A DNA stretch of 63,776 nt, filler included. It is 10 parts of 10 records of this genome, joined end to end, with 100 filler letters (N's around TTAATTAATTAA, not from the genome) between each part and the next. Parts side by side here need not be neighbours in the genome. Positions count along the whole stretch, not along the records: positions 20,036 to 27,142 come from SRR31147125_271097; positions 27,243 to 34,567 come from SRR31147125_271410; positions 34,668 to 39,685 come from SRR31147125_272255; 7 more parts are not named here. One strand, written 5' to 3'. Below the pieces are notes generated by a model. It was not told the DNA's origin, ran no database searches, and saw nothing but the letters and a program-made list of their open reading frames with translations. How positions within the stretch are numbered: position 1 is the stretch's first letter; each line of letters opens with the position of its first letter. Position numbers and translations under genes: made by a program. Of the stretch, positions 23,559-34,676 are shown piece after piece.

Positions 23559-25041
23559 TCACGTTCCGCAAAAAGTTCGGTAGGGGGGCTCAGAAGGGGG
23601 CGCCGGTAGATGATAGCCGGCCTCTTCCGGTGGATCCTGGTAGGGGTGGTACAGAACACCCAGCAGCCTTTCCATGACCGTATAATCGGCCCGCTCCACG
23701 GCGACTTCCAGGGCCTCCTCCACCCGGTGGTTGCGGGGGATGACCGCCGGGTTGTGGGTGTTCATGCGTCGTCGGGACGCCTCCCGGGAATCGGGCTGCC
23801 GTTTCAACCGGGACTGCCAGCGATCGAACCACAGTTTAAAGTCCTGCTCGCGGAACATGGAGAGCTTCCGGCAGAGAACCGGATGCCAGGTCGCGGAAGG
23901 TGTTAGTGAAATCGGCCCCGTGCCGGTGCATGCAGTCGAGCAGCTCCTCCACCAGGGTGCCGTCCTCCGCTTCCTCGTTCATCAGTCCCAATTTGGCCCG
24001 CATGCCCGCCAGCCAGTAATCACGGAAGGTGTCTGAAAATCCGGAGATGGCCTCATTCGCCATCGATACGGCCTTTTGCTGATCCTCGTGAATAAGCGGC
24101 AGTATCGTCTCGGCAAACCGGGCCAGATTCCACTGGGCGATCTGCGGCTGCCGGCCGTAAGCGTATCGGCCTTGGTGATCGATGGAGCTGAAGACCGTGT
24201 TCGGATCGTAGGCGTCCATGAATGCGCAGGGGCCGTAATCGATGGTCTCACCGCAAAGGGCCATGTTGTCCGTGTTCATGACGCCGTGGATGAAGCCAAC
24301 CAGCAGCCAGCGGGCTACCAGCGACGCCTGCCGTTTCATCACGGCCCCAAGCAGGCCAAGGTAAGGATGGTCATCCCCGGCCAGGTCGGGAAAGTGGCGA
24401 TGGATGGTGTAATCGGCCAGCGTTCGGATCTCATCGGGTTTACCCCTCGCCGCCGCATACTCGAAAGTGCCCACGCGGATATGGCTGGCCGCCGTGCGAG
24501 TGAGAATCGCCCCCGGCAGGGTGGTTTCACGGAAAACCGGTTCACCGGTGGTGACCACCGCAAGGCTGCGGGTTGTGGGAATGCCCAGGGCATGCAGGGC
24601 CTCGCTGATGATGTACTCCCGAAGCATCGGCCCCAGGGCCGCCCGCCCGTCCCCATTGCGCGAGAACGGGGTCCTGCCCGAACCCTTGTATTGTATGTCG
24701 AATCGTTCACCGTTCGGCGTCACCTGCTCACCCAGCAATATGGCCCGCCCATCACCCAGCATGGTGAAAGAGCCGAATTGGTGCCCCGCATAGGCCTGAG
24801 CGAGAGGCTCGGCCCCATCGGGTATACTGCTACCCGAGAAAACCGCACCGCCCTCGTCGCCCTTGAGGGCAGCGGAATTCAGGCCTAAAGACGCTGCCAG
24901 CGATTCATTGAAAACCACGAGCTTCGGCGTGCGCACCGGTACTGGATTCTGCCGGACATAGAAAGCGGCCGGCAATCGTAGGTAGCTATTATCGAATTTC
25001 CACCCGGGGTTCGGGCGGTTTGGTCTGTTGCTGTGCGTCAT
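23559..25041 (-). CDS. selO: Protein adenylyltransferase SelO/YdiU; single frameshift near 23862
   Basis: [50 protein letters not shown]-terminus [12 protein letters not shown]...YRTFCGT in a second frame; AGGAG RBS. Confidence 0.93.
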
Positions 25042-25945
25042 GGCATTCTCCTGTTTCGCAGACGAAGTGTATGACAAAAAACATTGGGATGGGATACGCG
25101 GAGGTCAAGAGGCGGCGCAAACAAAATGGCAGCCATCAAGTAATGTCGCCTGCAGAGAGTAGGGCAAACCGCCAAGGTGAGAATTTAAGCCCCCCCGATT
25201 GATGGGTAACCCATTCGATCAAAGCTCGTGTTAACGGCTTTTTACTATTAGGGAGGATCCTCTTCTATCGTTTCGGATGTAAAATTTAGGCACATCGAAT
25301 TGAAACGTTGGCTGGCGACCTTACTATATACTTAATTTGCGATATTGGTTGGCTTGGTTGACATGAACCAAGCTTTACGGTTAGGCTGATTCAGGGCTCC
25401 AGACCAAAAGCGCCTATCCCCGCATGGGACACCACACCCATCCTCCCATTATAGGCCCGGAGCCCTTTTCATTTGCGTTGTAGTTATTTGATAAATTTAG
25501 TGGCTGATCATTTATAACCATCTTAACCAGATAATGCGAAGAATTCGGAATTGATTGGTAGGATGTAATAAGTAAACCCGCTCCAAACAGATGAACCTGG
25601 GTTTTCACCATGTGAAATAGAGTGATGAATACGCGGTGATTGACAGGACATATGATTTTTTTTAATGATTTTATCATCTGGTGAAACGGAGGCAAGCTCT
25701 GCTGCGGAGCAACCTGTCAAGGGATAGCTGGGTGCAGGTGGCATCGAAAAATGCCTTGGGGGGAGGCAGCTTTAAAAAAGGCTGTTTCCGCCGCCTTCAA
25801 TGATTTAATATTCAAGCCTTCCTGCCAGCGCCTTAGATAACCCTATACAATAGCCGTGCGCATTGCAGCCGATAAATCGCCCAAACCGTTACCCAATTGA
25901 TTTTAACAGGGTCATCATTAATGATGTCGCACAGGATGGACAATC

Positions 25946-27142
25946 ATGAAAGCACACAACTTGCCTGCCGGTAAGGGGAAAGTGATCGGCATTTGTCACT
26001 ATAAAATTGGAAAAACAGATGGCGTATCATAGAAATTGCGAAACGCGAGAAAATGCTCAGGCAGGAGATGGGACACAAGGTTATCTTAATTGCGGGTACC
26101 TCCGGTTTAAACGGGCAGGAGGAAAATGGTCGTGAGATCAAATTGATACCTGAACTCGATTTTGATTATCCGAGAGGGCACCGTGTTATTGATACCGACA
26201 TCAATATAGAAAATATCAAAAGAAACGCTTTTAGTGGTTTTGAATTAAAACCGGAACAAACCTACAAGACTGAGACTGCACTGTTTTACGATATCGATAG
26301 AGTGGCGGGAAGAATAATAGATCGATATTTTCAAATGTTCGGCAAAAGCGATTTGGATTATTTGTTTTTGCACAACATCTTTTCACACGGTCGCCATATT
26401 GCTGCCGCTAAGGCTTTTTACACAATAGTTAAACAGATCAACGCTAAGATAATTGCTGTGAACCACGACTTCTACGAGGATTACGAAGGAAGGTATTCAG
26501 CCCGGAATAACTCCAAAAAAATTCATGCATTTTTAGATAATTATGTGCCGCCATCACTCCATGGTATAAAACATGTCACTATCAATAGCATCAAGAAGGA
26601 ACAACTGACAAAGAAACTTGATCAGAAGGGGGCTAAACCCGATACTGAAATCATTGTTTTTCCGGATACCTTTGACTTCGATCAAGATCCGTGGAAGGCG
26701 GACGACCACAACAAGGATTTCAGACAAACGTTTAATATCAGAAGCAACGATCTATTCGTTTTGCAAGCCACTCGAATCGTCAAGCGAAAGGCAATCGAAC
26801 TGGCTATCGATTTAATCGCTGAACTCAATAGAAGAAAAAATGAATTAATCAACCGAAAATTATATAATAATAAAATATTTACGGTATCATCAGAAATTAT
26901 TTTGGCTTTTGCACAGGCTGAAGAACAGGACGCTGTCCAATACAAAGAAGACTTGATCTCCCGCATGGACGAAAAAGGGGTTCAATATCGGTTTCTCTAC
27001 GATCGAATAGAAAGCAATCGTGGCTATAGAGATGAAAAGACAATATACAGCCTATGGGATGCATACGTCTTTGCGGATGTCGTATCTTATACCAGCATTT
27101 GGGAAGGATTCGGCAACCAGTTTCTTGAAGCGGTTTTTGCTA
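25946..27142 (+). CDS. GT4 glycosyltransferase, mannosylglucosylglycerate synthase (MggS)-like; 3' partial, frameshift near 26030
   Basis: HYKIGKTDGVS(L)EI, NHDFY, LQATRIVKRKAIELAIDL, YSLWDAY, YTSIWEGFGNQFLEAVFA. Confidence 0.8.
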
Positions 27143-27242
27143 NNNNNNNNNNNNNNNNNNNNNNNNNNNNNNNNNNNNNNNNNNNNTTAATTAATTAANN
27201 NNNNNNNNNNNNNNNNNNNNNNNNNNNNNNNNNNNNNNNNNN
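27143..27242. other. Artificial contig linker
   Basis: N-run, TTAATTAATTAA, N-run. Confidence 0.99.
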
Positions 27243-28034
27243 CCAGCGCAGCGGCACCAAGAACGCTGAGAATGTTGAACATATTGCTTCCCACAAGATT
27301 GCCCACGCTGATATCCATCTGTTTTTTCAAGGCCGCCACAACCGATGTGGCGAGCTCGGGCAGGGAGGTGCCAAAGGCCACAATGGTCAGGCCGATGAAT
27401 TTTTCATCCACGCCGAAAAAGGTCATCATGGATACCGCAGACCGGATCAGGGCCTCGGCACCGGCCACCACACAGCCGATCCCCCCGAGGGTACACAGGA
27501 TTAACCCGGCGGCAGCGCCGGTCCCGACTGCCTTTTGAGCATCATGGAAAGATTCAGGGGGCCCTGCCCCATTTTCAGGGCCGGGGCTCATCCGGATCAT
27601 TTTTCTGCAGCTGATCCAGGTATAGACGATGATCCCTGAAAGAGGATTCCCCCTTCAAACCGGGAAATATATGAATTGATCAAAATAAAAAAAGAAATAC
27701 GGAAACCCCGATCATGACGGGGATGTCCCGCCGGACAATGGCCGGGTCCGATGTGATGGGCCGGATAGAGGCGGCCAGCCCCAGAACCAGGGCAATATTG
27801 CATATATTGCTGCCGATGATGTTGCCCACGGCAATCATGCTTTGCCCTGGAGGAGGAAACCACGCTGACAAACAATTCCGGAGCCGATGTGCCGAAGGCC
27901 ACAACCGTAAGGCCGATGACAACCGGAGAAAGCCCGAACCTTGCCGCAATGCCGGAAGATCCTTTTACCAGCCAATGGGCCCCATAGTAGAGGCCGGCCA
28001 GCCCCATGAAAAAAAGTGCCAGATCAAAAATCAT
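27243..28034 (-). CDS. Calcium/sodium antiporter (CaCA, YrbG-like), 3' partial, at least two frameshifts
   Basis: Alpha repeats GLTVVAFGTSAPEL...GNIIGSNICN and GLTIVAFGTSLPEL...GNLVGSNMFN spread over three frames. Confidence 0.9.
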
Positions 28035-29425
28035 AAAAAGAAAAATGAAACCACGACCACCCCGGCAAGCCCTCCTGCCGTCGGGATCAGATTCCGCCGG
28101 GCCACTTCAATGGGATCTGTGCCTGTGATGCCCGCAGCCGGAATGACAGCCCAGGGCACAATGCATCCACCGCCCACCGCAATGCAGAAAAACTGCCCCA
28201 GGGCCGTGAGGGTGGCAAGATTAAGATCGGACGGCGCGCTCAGGACCTGGGCCAGTGATCCGATCAGGGGGAGCCCGGAAAACCCGGATCCGTCAAGCCC
28301 TGTAATGGCGCCCACCGTACTCTGGGCAATGGTTGCCGTTATTTTTCCGATGGGAACCACCTGGGCAAATGCACTGCCCAGATCAAAGAGCAGGCCGTTG
28401 GCCCCCTCGCCGAAGATAGCGGCGGCAGGACCGGGCGCACCCATGAAAAAGAAGGCGGCAATAAAAAAAACCGGGGCAAAGATCTTAATCCCGAACCGGA
28501 ATCCGGATCTGCCGTGTTCCGTGATTTTTTCAAGGCCGTCTCTCCCGTAGACACCGATGGCGACCATGGCCATGATTAAGGCAATGGTGCCGCCCAGAAG
28601 GGCTGTGGCATCTCCGCCCCTAAGCTTGAAAATCACCATTGCGGCAATATTGGCAATAAAAAGGGCGCCAATGACCCAGACAATGACATTTTTGAAACCA
28701 GGTGCGGCCGCTTCCCATTTTGCCTGGGCCTCAGCCCTTGTCTCATCCGAGGCAAACAGGTCGGATTTAAAGGGTTTGCCGCCGTTGGCAGCGATATCCT
28801 TTCGAATGGAAAGAAAGGAGAGGGGCAGAGCGATGAGGGCCCAGGTTATGACCATAGGGACACTTTTGGCCATGACCTCACCCACATCCACGCCTGCGGC
28901 CTTGGAAGAAATACTCGGTGCCCCCTGGATCACAAAATCGGTGGTCAGGGCAATGCCGTATCCGAACATGCTGATGGCCATGGCCGCACCGATTGGGGGA
29001 AGGCCTGCCCTCAACGCTGCCGGCAGCAGCAGGGCGCCGACCAGGGCAATGGCAGGGGAGGGCCAGAGCAGCCAGGAGCAGACCATGATCACAAGCCCCA
29101 TGATCCAGAAGGCCGAACCCGGCCCCTTGATCACGGCCCTGAACGGAGAAAACATCCTGTCGGCAATACCGGTTTCTTCAAGCATTTTTGCCATGGCCAC
29201 GATAATGGAGATGATCAGGACAATGCCGAGGAGCTCGGAAAAAGCGACCTGGATGGCGTTGTAGACCGACTGGACAGCGCTGATCATACTGCCGGTTGTG
29301 ACAAGCCCCAGGATAAACGCCGCCACAATGCAGATCAATGGCGTCTCCCGCCGCAACGCCATGGTGATGATCACCGCGATAATGCCCAAAAGGTAAACCC
29401 AGTGTGACATAGTTAACTCGACCAT
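28031..29425 (-). CDS. Uncharacterised polytopic permease (ion-transporter superfamily-like)
   Basis: 464 aa with ~12 hydrophobic segments, GAITGLDGSGFSGLPL motif; AGGAG RBS; stop overlaps the antiporter start (ATGA). Confidence 0.75.
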   Translation of the reverse strand: MVELTMSHWVYLLGIIAVIITMALRRETPLICIVAAFILGLVTTGSMISAVQSVYNAIQVAFSELLGIVLIISIIVAMAKMLEETGIADRMFSPFRAVIKGPGSAFWIMGLVIMVCSWLLWPSPAIALVGALLLPAALRAGLPPIGAAMAISMFGYGIALTTDFVIQGAPSISSKAAGVDVGEVMAKSVPMVITWALIALPLSFLSIRKDIAANGGKPFKSDLFASDETRAEAQAKWEAAAPGFKNVIVWVIGALFIANIAAMVIFKLRGGDATALLGGTIALIMAMVAIGVYGRDGLEKITEHGRSGFRFGIKIFAPVFFIAAFFFMGAPGPAAAIFGEGANGLLFDLGSAFAQVVPIGKITATIAQSTVGAITGLDGSGFSGLPLIGSLAQVLSAPSDLNLATLTALGQFFCIAVGGGCIVPWAVIPAAGITGTDPIEVARRNLIPTAGGLAGVVVVSFFFL

Positions 29426-29462
29426 CGTTTCTCCTTTCCCTTAAATAGTTGCGTCCAATAAC

Positions 29463-30734
29463 TTACTTGAAAACCCCTGTCATTTCCGCCGACCGGACCC
29501 TTTTTTCAATTTGCCCCTGGTCTGTGGTATACAATTGCCTGGATTTCATCCGCTCAAAATAAACCGATCCGGAAAAGGTGAATTTGAGGCCCAGTTCATT
29601 TTTTTCCTTCATCTGCGTTCTGACGTGGCTGATGGCATCGCCCACAGCCAGGGAGGCGGGAAGAATGAGCAGGGGATTGCCTTTTATGGCACAGACCGCA
29701 TTATACCCTGCAAGGGTCCCGGTGCAGATCGCCTCGGTATGCCCCACAAGAAGCCCTGCTTTTTCCCCGGCGCAGAAGAGGTTGTCGATCCCCTCAACTT
29801 TCAGTGCATCATCCCGGGGCGACATCCCGATATACCGGACCGAATTACCGATCCCGCCGGAATAGGGATCTTCAAAACGGGCGTTTTCAAGGCCTTTGAT
29901 CCGCCTCAGATCATCCAGGGGAAAATAGGGGGTCATGAGTTTGGCATGACCTGTGTCCAGCAAAATGATATTCTGCTCAAACTCGGCAATGGCATACTGC
30001 TGGCAGGCCTTCACGGCAAGCTTGCCTTTGAGACGCTGGGATTCATCCAGAGAAACCAGGGCCACCCCGTTGCGGCTCAGTTCTTCCTTAAGTTCCGGGG
30101 ACAGCGACTCCTTGTGCAGCTTGCATGATCCGCTGATGGCACCGGTCTGGGCGCCTTTTTTCCCGTTCATCTCTTTGATGCCGGCTTTGGCCGCCAGGCT
30201 GACCCTGCCCCCAAAGGTATGGCATCGCAATATGCACATGGCGCATCCATTGCCGTACTTGACACAATTTGCCGGCGGCCCGCCTGTGCCCGTGGTTTCG
30301 ATAAAGGCATCCGCCTCAAGCAGAATCTCTTCTTTTCCCTGTTTGGCCCTCACTGCGGTGATCCGGTTGCCCTCCATTAGAACATCCACCACCCGGGTCC
30401 TGCACCGGATTTCGATGCCCTGCTCCGTTAAAAAGCGTTTGATCACAGGCTCCATGGTTGAAACGTCATATAAAGAGGCATGGCTGTGGCCGGGGAATTC
30501 AATGTTCTTGTGAACCAGGTTTCCGTCAATGACGGTAAAAATCTCTCCGCCGCCCATGGCCAGCATCTCTTCGGTGGCCGTAAACCGGCCGTTGTTTCTC
30601 ATGATCCCGCCCACAAGCCCTGTGCCCAGAAGCATGTCGGTCCGTTCCACAAGGATAACCCGGGCCCCTTGTTTTTTTGCTGACAATGCTGCGGCGCAAC
30701 CGGCCCAGCCCCCTCCTGCAACAATGATTCTCAT
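29463..30734 (-). CDS. FAD-dependent oxidoreductase, GidA/TrmFO-like, Cys-rich
   Basis: GGGWAGCAAA dinucleotide-binding motif; NLFCAGEKAG...GHTEA...GTLAGYNA C-terminal motif; CVKYGNGCAMCILRC cluster. Confidence 0.85.
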   Translation of the reverse strand: MRIIVAGGGWAGCAAALSAKKQGARVILVERTDMLLGTGLVGGIMRNNGRFTATEEMLAMGGGEIFTVIDGNLVHKNIEFPGHSHASLYDVSTMEPVIKRFLTEQGIEIRCRTRVVDVLMEGNRITAVRAKQGKEEILLEADAFIETTGTGGPPANCVKYGNGCAMCILRCHTFGGRVSLAAKAGIKEMNGKKGAQTGAISGSCKLHKESLSPELKEELSRNGVALVSLDESQRLKGKLAVKACQQYAIAEFEQNIILLDTGHAKLMTPYFPLDDLRRIKGLENARFEDPYSGGIGNSVRYIGMSPRDDALKVEGIDNLFCAGEKAGLLVGHTEAICTGTLAGYNAVCAIKGNPLLILPASLAVGDAISHVRTQMKEKNELGLKFTFSGSVYFERMKSRQLYTTDQGQIEKRVRSAEMTGVFK

Positions 30735-30755
30735 GGTCTAACCCCTTAAATTATG

Positions 30756-30788
30756 GCACCTTTAATTCTCCCTATATATTAAAGGTGC
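30756..30788. promoter_or_regulatory. Perfect 11-bp inverted repeat in the leader of the flavoprotein operon
   Basis: GCACCTTTAAT-N11-ATTAAAGGTGC. Confidence 0.6.
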
Positions 30789-31014
30789 GCCTTTATATAC
30801 CGGTCCTGGATTTAATTAAGTTTTTAATCAAACCTATTCGATTACCCAATAAGTTGTCAAGAGAAATCTCTAAGATTATCCAAAAAATATATGAATTTTC
30901 GAGAGGTTACCAACAATGACCATATTCATAAAAATTTAATTAAATTATTTTAAATTTGCATTTTTCCCCTCCAGATCATAGTATGGATTCAATATTCTTG
31001 GAAATGGTGCCCAT

Positions 31015-31686
31015 ATGACGAAAAAGAAAACCAAAGAAAAAGATCACACGCGATTTGTCCACAAAGGCATTCGCCAGCTATTGTTCAACAACGAAATCGT
31101 CCCCGGCCAGAAAATATCCTATAGGATGATTGCAGAACGCCTTGGGGTCAGCCTCACCCCGGTGGTCCAGGCCCTGAAAATACTCGAGTTCCAGGGACTG
31201 GTAAAACACATCCCCAATAAAGGATACTATACAGAACCCTTAAGCCTGCGGGAAATTGAAGAAATCTACGAACTGCGCGAAGTCCTGGAACGCTCCCTGC
31301 TGCCCATGGTGATCCAGCACCTGGACGGGGAGAACATCAGGGGCTTAAGCAGGATACTTAAAAAACAGGAGGCACCGGACATCAATTTAAACGACCGCCT
31401 GCTTTTGGACCGAAAATTTCACCTCACCCTGGCCGCCATTTCCCAGCGGAAAATTCAAATCCAGATCCTGCGAAACCTCTTTGACCTGCTTTACCTCAAA
31501 TACCGGGGCAGCCTCCTTTTTGTGGCGGCGGAAACCATTGTCGGCTCCCAGCATCAGCTCATCTTTGACGCGGTTGTCACACGGGATATCGCCAAGGCGG
31601 AACAGGCCATGCACCAGCATTTTAAAACGGTGAAAACCAAAGCCCTGTCCACCCTGAGCCAGATTCTGGCCGGAAAGACCGTTTAA
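31015..31686 (+). CDS. GntR family transcriptional regulator (FCD domain)
   Basis: PGQKISYRMIAERLGVSLTPVVQAL wHTH; EIYELREVLE; DRKFH; QHQLIFDAV. Confidence 0.92.
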   Translation: MTKKKTKEKDHTRFVHKGIRQLLFNNEIVPGQKISYRMIAERLGVSLTPVVQALKILEFQGLVKHIPNKGYYTEPLSLREIEEIYELREVLERSLLPMVIQHLDGENIRGLSRILKKQEAPDINLNDRLLLDRKFHLTLAAISQRKIQIQILRNLFDLLYLKYRGSLLFVAAETIVGSQHQLIFDAVVTRDIAKAEQAMHQHFKTVKTKALSTLSQILAGKTV

Positions 31687-31719
31687 ATATTCCCATCCTG
31701 GCTCCCCGGGGAGCCCCGC

Positions 31720-33180
31720 CTATTTCCTGAAATACTGGTAAAGGTATGAAAGCTTGCGCTTCAAATCCCGGCTGGCGCCCGGATCTCCCTTTTGCGCCTG
31801 CCAGGCCGGTGCCAAAGCGGCCAGCGCCTCTTCAAGGGCCCATTTATGCCTGAACTTTCGGCCGGCAAGCTGCTTGAGGGCAGCCATCTGGGCAGGAGAA
31901 ATCCAATGGGTGTCAAGGGCGGCCAGTTTTTCCGCCAGGATAGCCGTCTCCCCAATCCGGGACGCGGCCATGACCTGATCCAAAAGGCCGGAAGAAAGAT
32001 CCAGATGGGCCCTTAATGCCCGTTTCATTTCAACGGCGTTGGCATAGGTCTTCCCAAGGATGGGCGCCAGGGGGGCCGTATCCATGCCCTGGGCCGTCAG
32101 GCGGCGTTCCGCCTGGGGACTGATCTCATAGGGCACGGGCCGATAGGTCTCCTGCATAAAGACATTCTGCATGAAAAAAAGACAGATAAAGCTGACCAGG
32201 GCGGAAATCACAGGGGTGGTGACCCATCCCGAGGCAATGCCTCCGACGGTGGACCACCGGATCCCCTTGCCCCCCTTGAGCAGCCCCATGCCGATCACAG
32301 CGCCCACGATGGCCTGGGAACTGGAAACAGGCACCAGGGGGAGAGAGGGCAGCCCGTGGGATTTCAAAAAGGCTTCAAGGCCCTGGGAAGAAAAAATAAA
32401 AAGCACAATGGAGTGGGACCAGACCGCCACAAAGGCCGCCACAGGGGAAAGCTCCATAATCCCGGACCCCACCGTCATCATCACCCGCTTTGAATAGGTA
32501 AATACCCCCACGGCAATGGCCAGGGCCCCGAAAAAAAACAATTGCTGGGCCGCCGAAAGGGTAAACAGCCCCATAAAAGAGATGTCGGAAAAGGGTGAAA
32601 CCGGGACAAATACCCCCATGACATTGGCAATATTGTTTGCCCCCAGGGAATAGGATCCGAACATCCCTGCAATGAGCAGGCCGTTTCGGGTATACCGGTC
32701 CAGGCGGAACATATGGATTTTAAACCCATGGATGAGCACCACCGAAAGTTTATAGAAAAAAACCGCAAAACAGGCGGAAAGCACCGGGCACAATATCCAG
32801 GTGGATACGATTTTGGTCAAAGACTGGGTATCGGTGAGGGCCCCTGTAAAGAAATTCCATCCGATGATGGCCCCCACAATGGCCTGGGAGGTTGAGACCG
32901 GAAACCTGGCAATGGTCATGAGATAAACGCTCATGGCTGCGGCAAAGGCCACAACAAAGGCCCCGGCCATGGCATTTACCGACCCCAGCTTGCCCAGGGT
33001 AAGGGAGGCCCCGGCCCCGGAGACCACGGCCCCCAGGATGACAAAAAGGCTGCAGCAGATGGCGGCGGTCCTGAACCGGACCATGCCCGACCCCACGGCC
33101 GTGCCGAATACATTGGAGGCGTCATTGGCCCCCAGGGACCACCCCAGAAAAAGGCCGCTTGAAAGGAAAAAGGCAAACAC
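31720..33180 (-). CDS. PiT family inorganic phosphate transporter with C-terminal extension
   Basis: GANDASNVFGTAV and GANNIANVMG signatures; PVSTSQ and PVSSSQ. Confidence 0.92.
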   Translation of the reverse strand: MFAFFLSSGLFLGWSLGANDASNVFGTAVGSGMVRFRTAAICCSLFVILGAVVSGAGASLTLGKLGSVNAMAGAFVVAFAAAMSVYLMTIARFPVSTSQAIVGAIIGWNFFTGALTDTQSLTKIVSTWILCPVLSACFAVFFYKLSVVLIHGFKIHMFRLDRYTRNGLLIAGMFGSYSLGANNIANVMGVFVPVSPFSDISFMGLFTLSAAQQLFFFGALAIAVGVFTYSKRVMMTVGSGIMELSPVAAFVAVWSHSIVLFIFSSQGLEAFLKSHGLPSLPLVPVSSSQAIVGAVIGMGLLKGGKGIRWSTVGGIASGWVTTPVISALVSFICLFFMQNVFMQETYRPVPYEISPQAERRLTAQGMDTAPLAPILGKTYANAVEMKRALRAHLDLSSGLLDQVMAASRIGETAILAEKLAALDTHWISPAQMAALKQLAGRKFRHKWALEEALAALAPAWQAQKGDPGASRDLKRKLSYLYQYFRK

Positions 33181-33189
33181 GGCAGCCCC

Positions 33190-33836
33190 CTACAATGAGC
33201 GCTTGATGGCAAAAATACCCAGTTTATCTGCCACATCCTCTGCCCGGTCGGCAATCTTATCCACATGCCTGACAAATTCCCGCAGCTGCATCCTATGGCT
33301 GAGCCGCATCTCTTCCTGCCTGAAAATCCTGCGCTGGAGCCGGGTGGAGACCTTATCGGCTTCGGTTTCCCAGAAAGAGACCTTGTGCATATGGTCGGCC
33401 ACGGCCCGGACATCCTTGAAAAATGCCCGCACCGACCGGACAATGGCCTCTGAGGCTTCCACCACATGGTGGACCAGTTCCCTGAACTCATCATGGAATT
33501 TAGGGTCAATCTCGATCCGTTCGATCTCGAACCGCCAGATCGCCCCTTTAAACCGGTCCAGAAGGGCGTCCATATTCTCCAGAAGGTCCAGCACGTCCCC
33601 CCGGGATTCCGGGATCAGGGTTTTAATATACAATTGTTTTTCAATGGACCGCCGCAGACGGTCCCCCCGGTGCTCCACCTCATTAATCTCGTCGGTCTTC
33701 CGTAAAAAGGCTTCCTTATCCCCCCGAAGATAGGTATCGACCCCGGACTTGAATAAAAGCCCGGCCTCACTGATCTGGTTCAGAAAATCATCCACCTGAT
33801 TTTCAATGCCGATTTTCTTTTCAATATTCTGGCCAT
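33190..33836 (-). CDS. DUF47 (PhoU-like phosphate transport regulator); frameshift near 33818
   Basis: EHRGDRLRR, LIPESRGD, ETEADK, IADRAEDVAD; adjacent to pit; GGAGG RBS before ATG 33836. Confidence 0.88.
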
Positions 33837-34059
33837 AATCTTGCCTCCATATCTTTTAAAGGGCCTGTCTTACGGTCAGGCATCATATTCAATCCAAACG
33901 GCTTTTTCAACACATGGTTTCTTCCCTGACAGGAATCCGGGATCGGCTGTTTTAAAAATTTCAGAACAAAATGCCAAGGGCCACGATATTAAGGATGGGG
34001 GTTGAATTCAAGGGGCAGGATCATTTTAAACCGGGAAAACCGGACCCGGCAAAGAAAGG

Positions 34060-34567
34060 TTAAGGCCGCATATGGCAGGCCACAAGATGACCTTTTCCCG
34101 CGGCCTTAAGCCCGGGCCGGGCTGTCTTGCAGATGTCTTTGGCCTCGGGGCATCTGGGATGAAAGGTGCATCCCGACGGCGGATTAATGGGGCTGGGCAC
34201 GTCCCCCTTAAGCATGATGCGCTCTTTTGCCCTGCCCGGAACCGCCTGGGGTACGGCGGAAAGAAGGGCCCGGCTGTAGGGATGAAGTGCATTGGCGTAA
34301 AAATCCTTTTTATCGGCTGTTTCCACAAGCCGGCCCAGGTACATCACCGCCACCCTGTCGCAGATATACTCCACAACCGACAAATCGTGGGAGATAAATA
34401 TATAGGTGAGTCCGAACCGGGTCCGCAGTTCCTGGAGCAGATTGATCACCTGGGCCTGGATGGAAACGTCCAGGGCGGAAACCGGCTCGTCCGCCAGGAT
34501 CAGCCTGGGCTGAAGGGCCAGGGCCCGGGCGATGACGATCCGCTGGCGCTGCCCCCCTGAGAATTCA
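34060..34567 (-). CDS. Oligopeptide/dipeptide ABC transporter ATP-binding subunit (OppF/DppF-like), 5' partial
   Basis: [54 protein letters not shown]. Confidence 0.93.
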
Positions 34568-34667
34568 NNNNNNNNNNNNNNNNNNNNNNNNNNNNNNNNN
34601 NNNNNNNNNNNTTAATTAATTAANNNNNNNNNNNNNNNNNNNNNNNNNNNNNNNNNNNNNNNNNNNN
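34568..34667. other. Artificial contig linker
   Basis: N-run, TTAATTAATTAA, N-run. Confidence 0.99.
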
Positions 34668-34676
34668 GGAGAAATA

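Noticed and set aside
23559-23580. Selenocysteine in SelO via the terminal TGA
   Set aside because: The protein ends in the usual bacterial TFCGT with Cys encoded by TGC; the TGA falls after the motif.
25200-25320. Integron attC site or small ncRNA (GATGGGTAACCCATT hairpin and GTT motifs)
   Set aside because: No complementary RYYYAAC/GTTRRRY pair with a full stem, no cassette array and no integron integrase.
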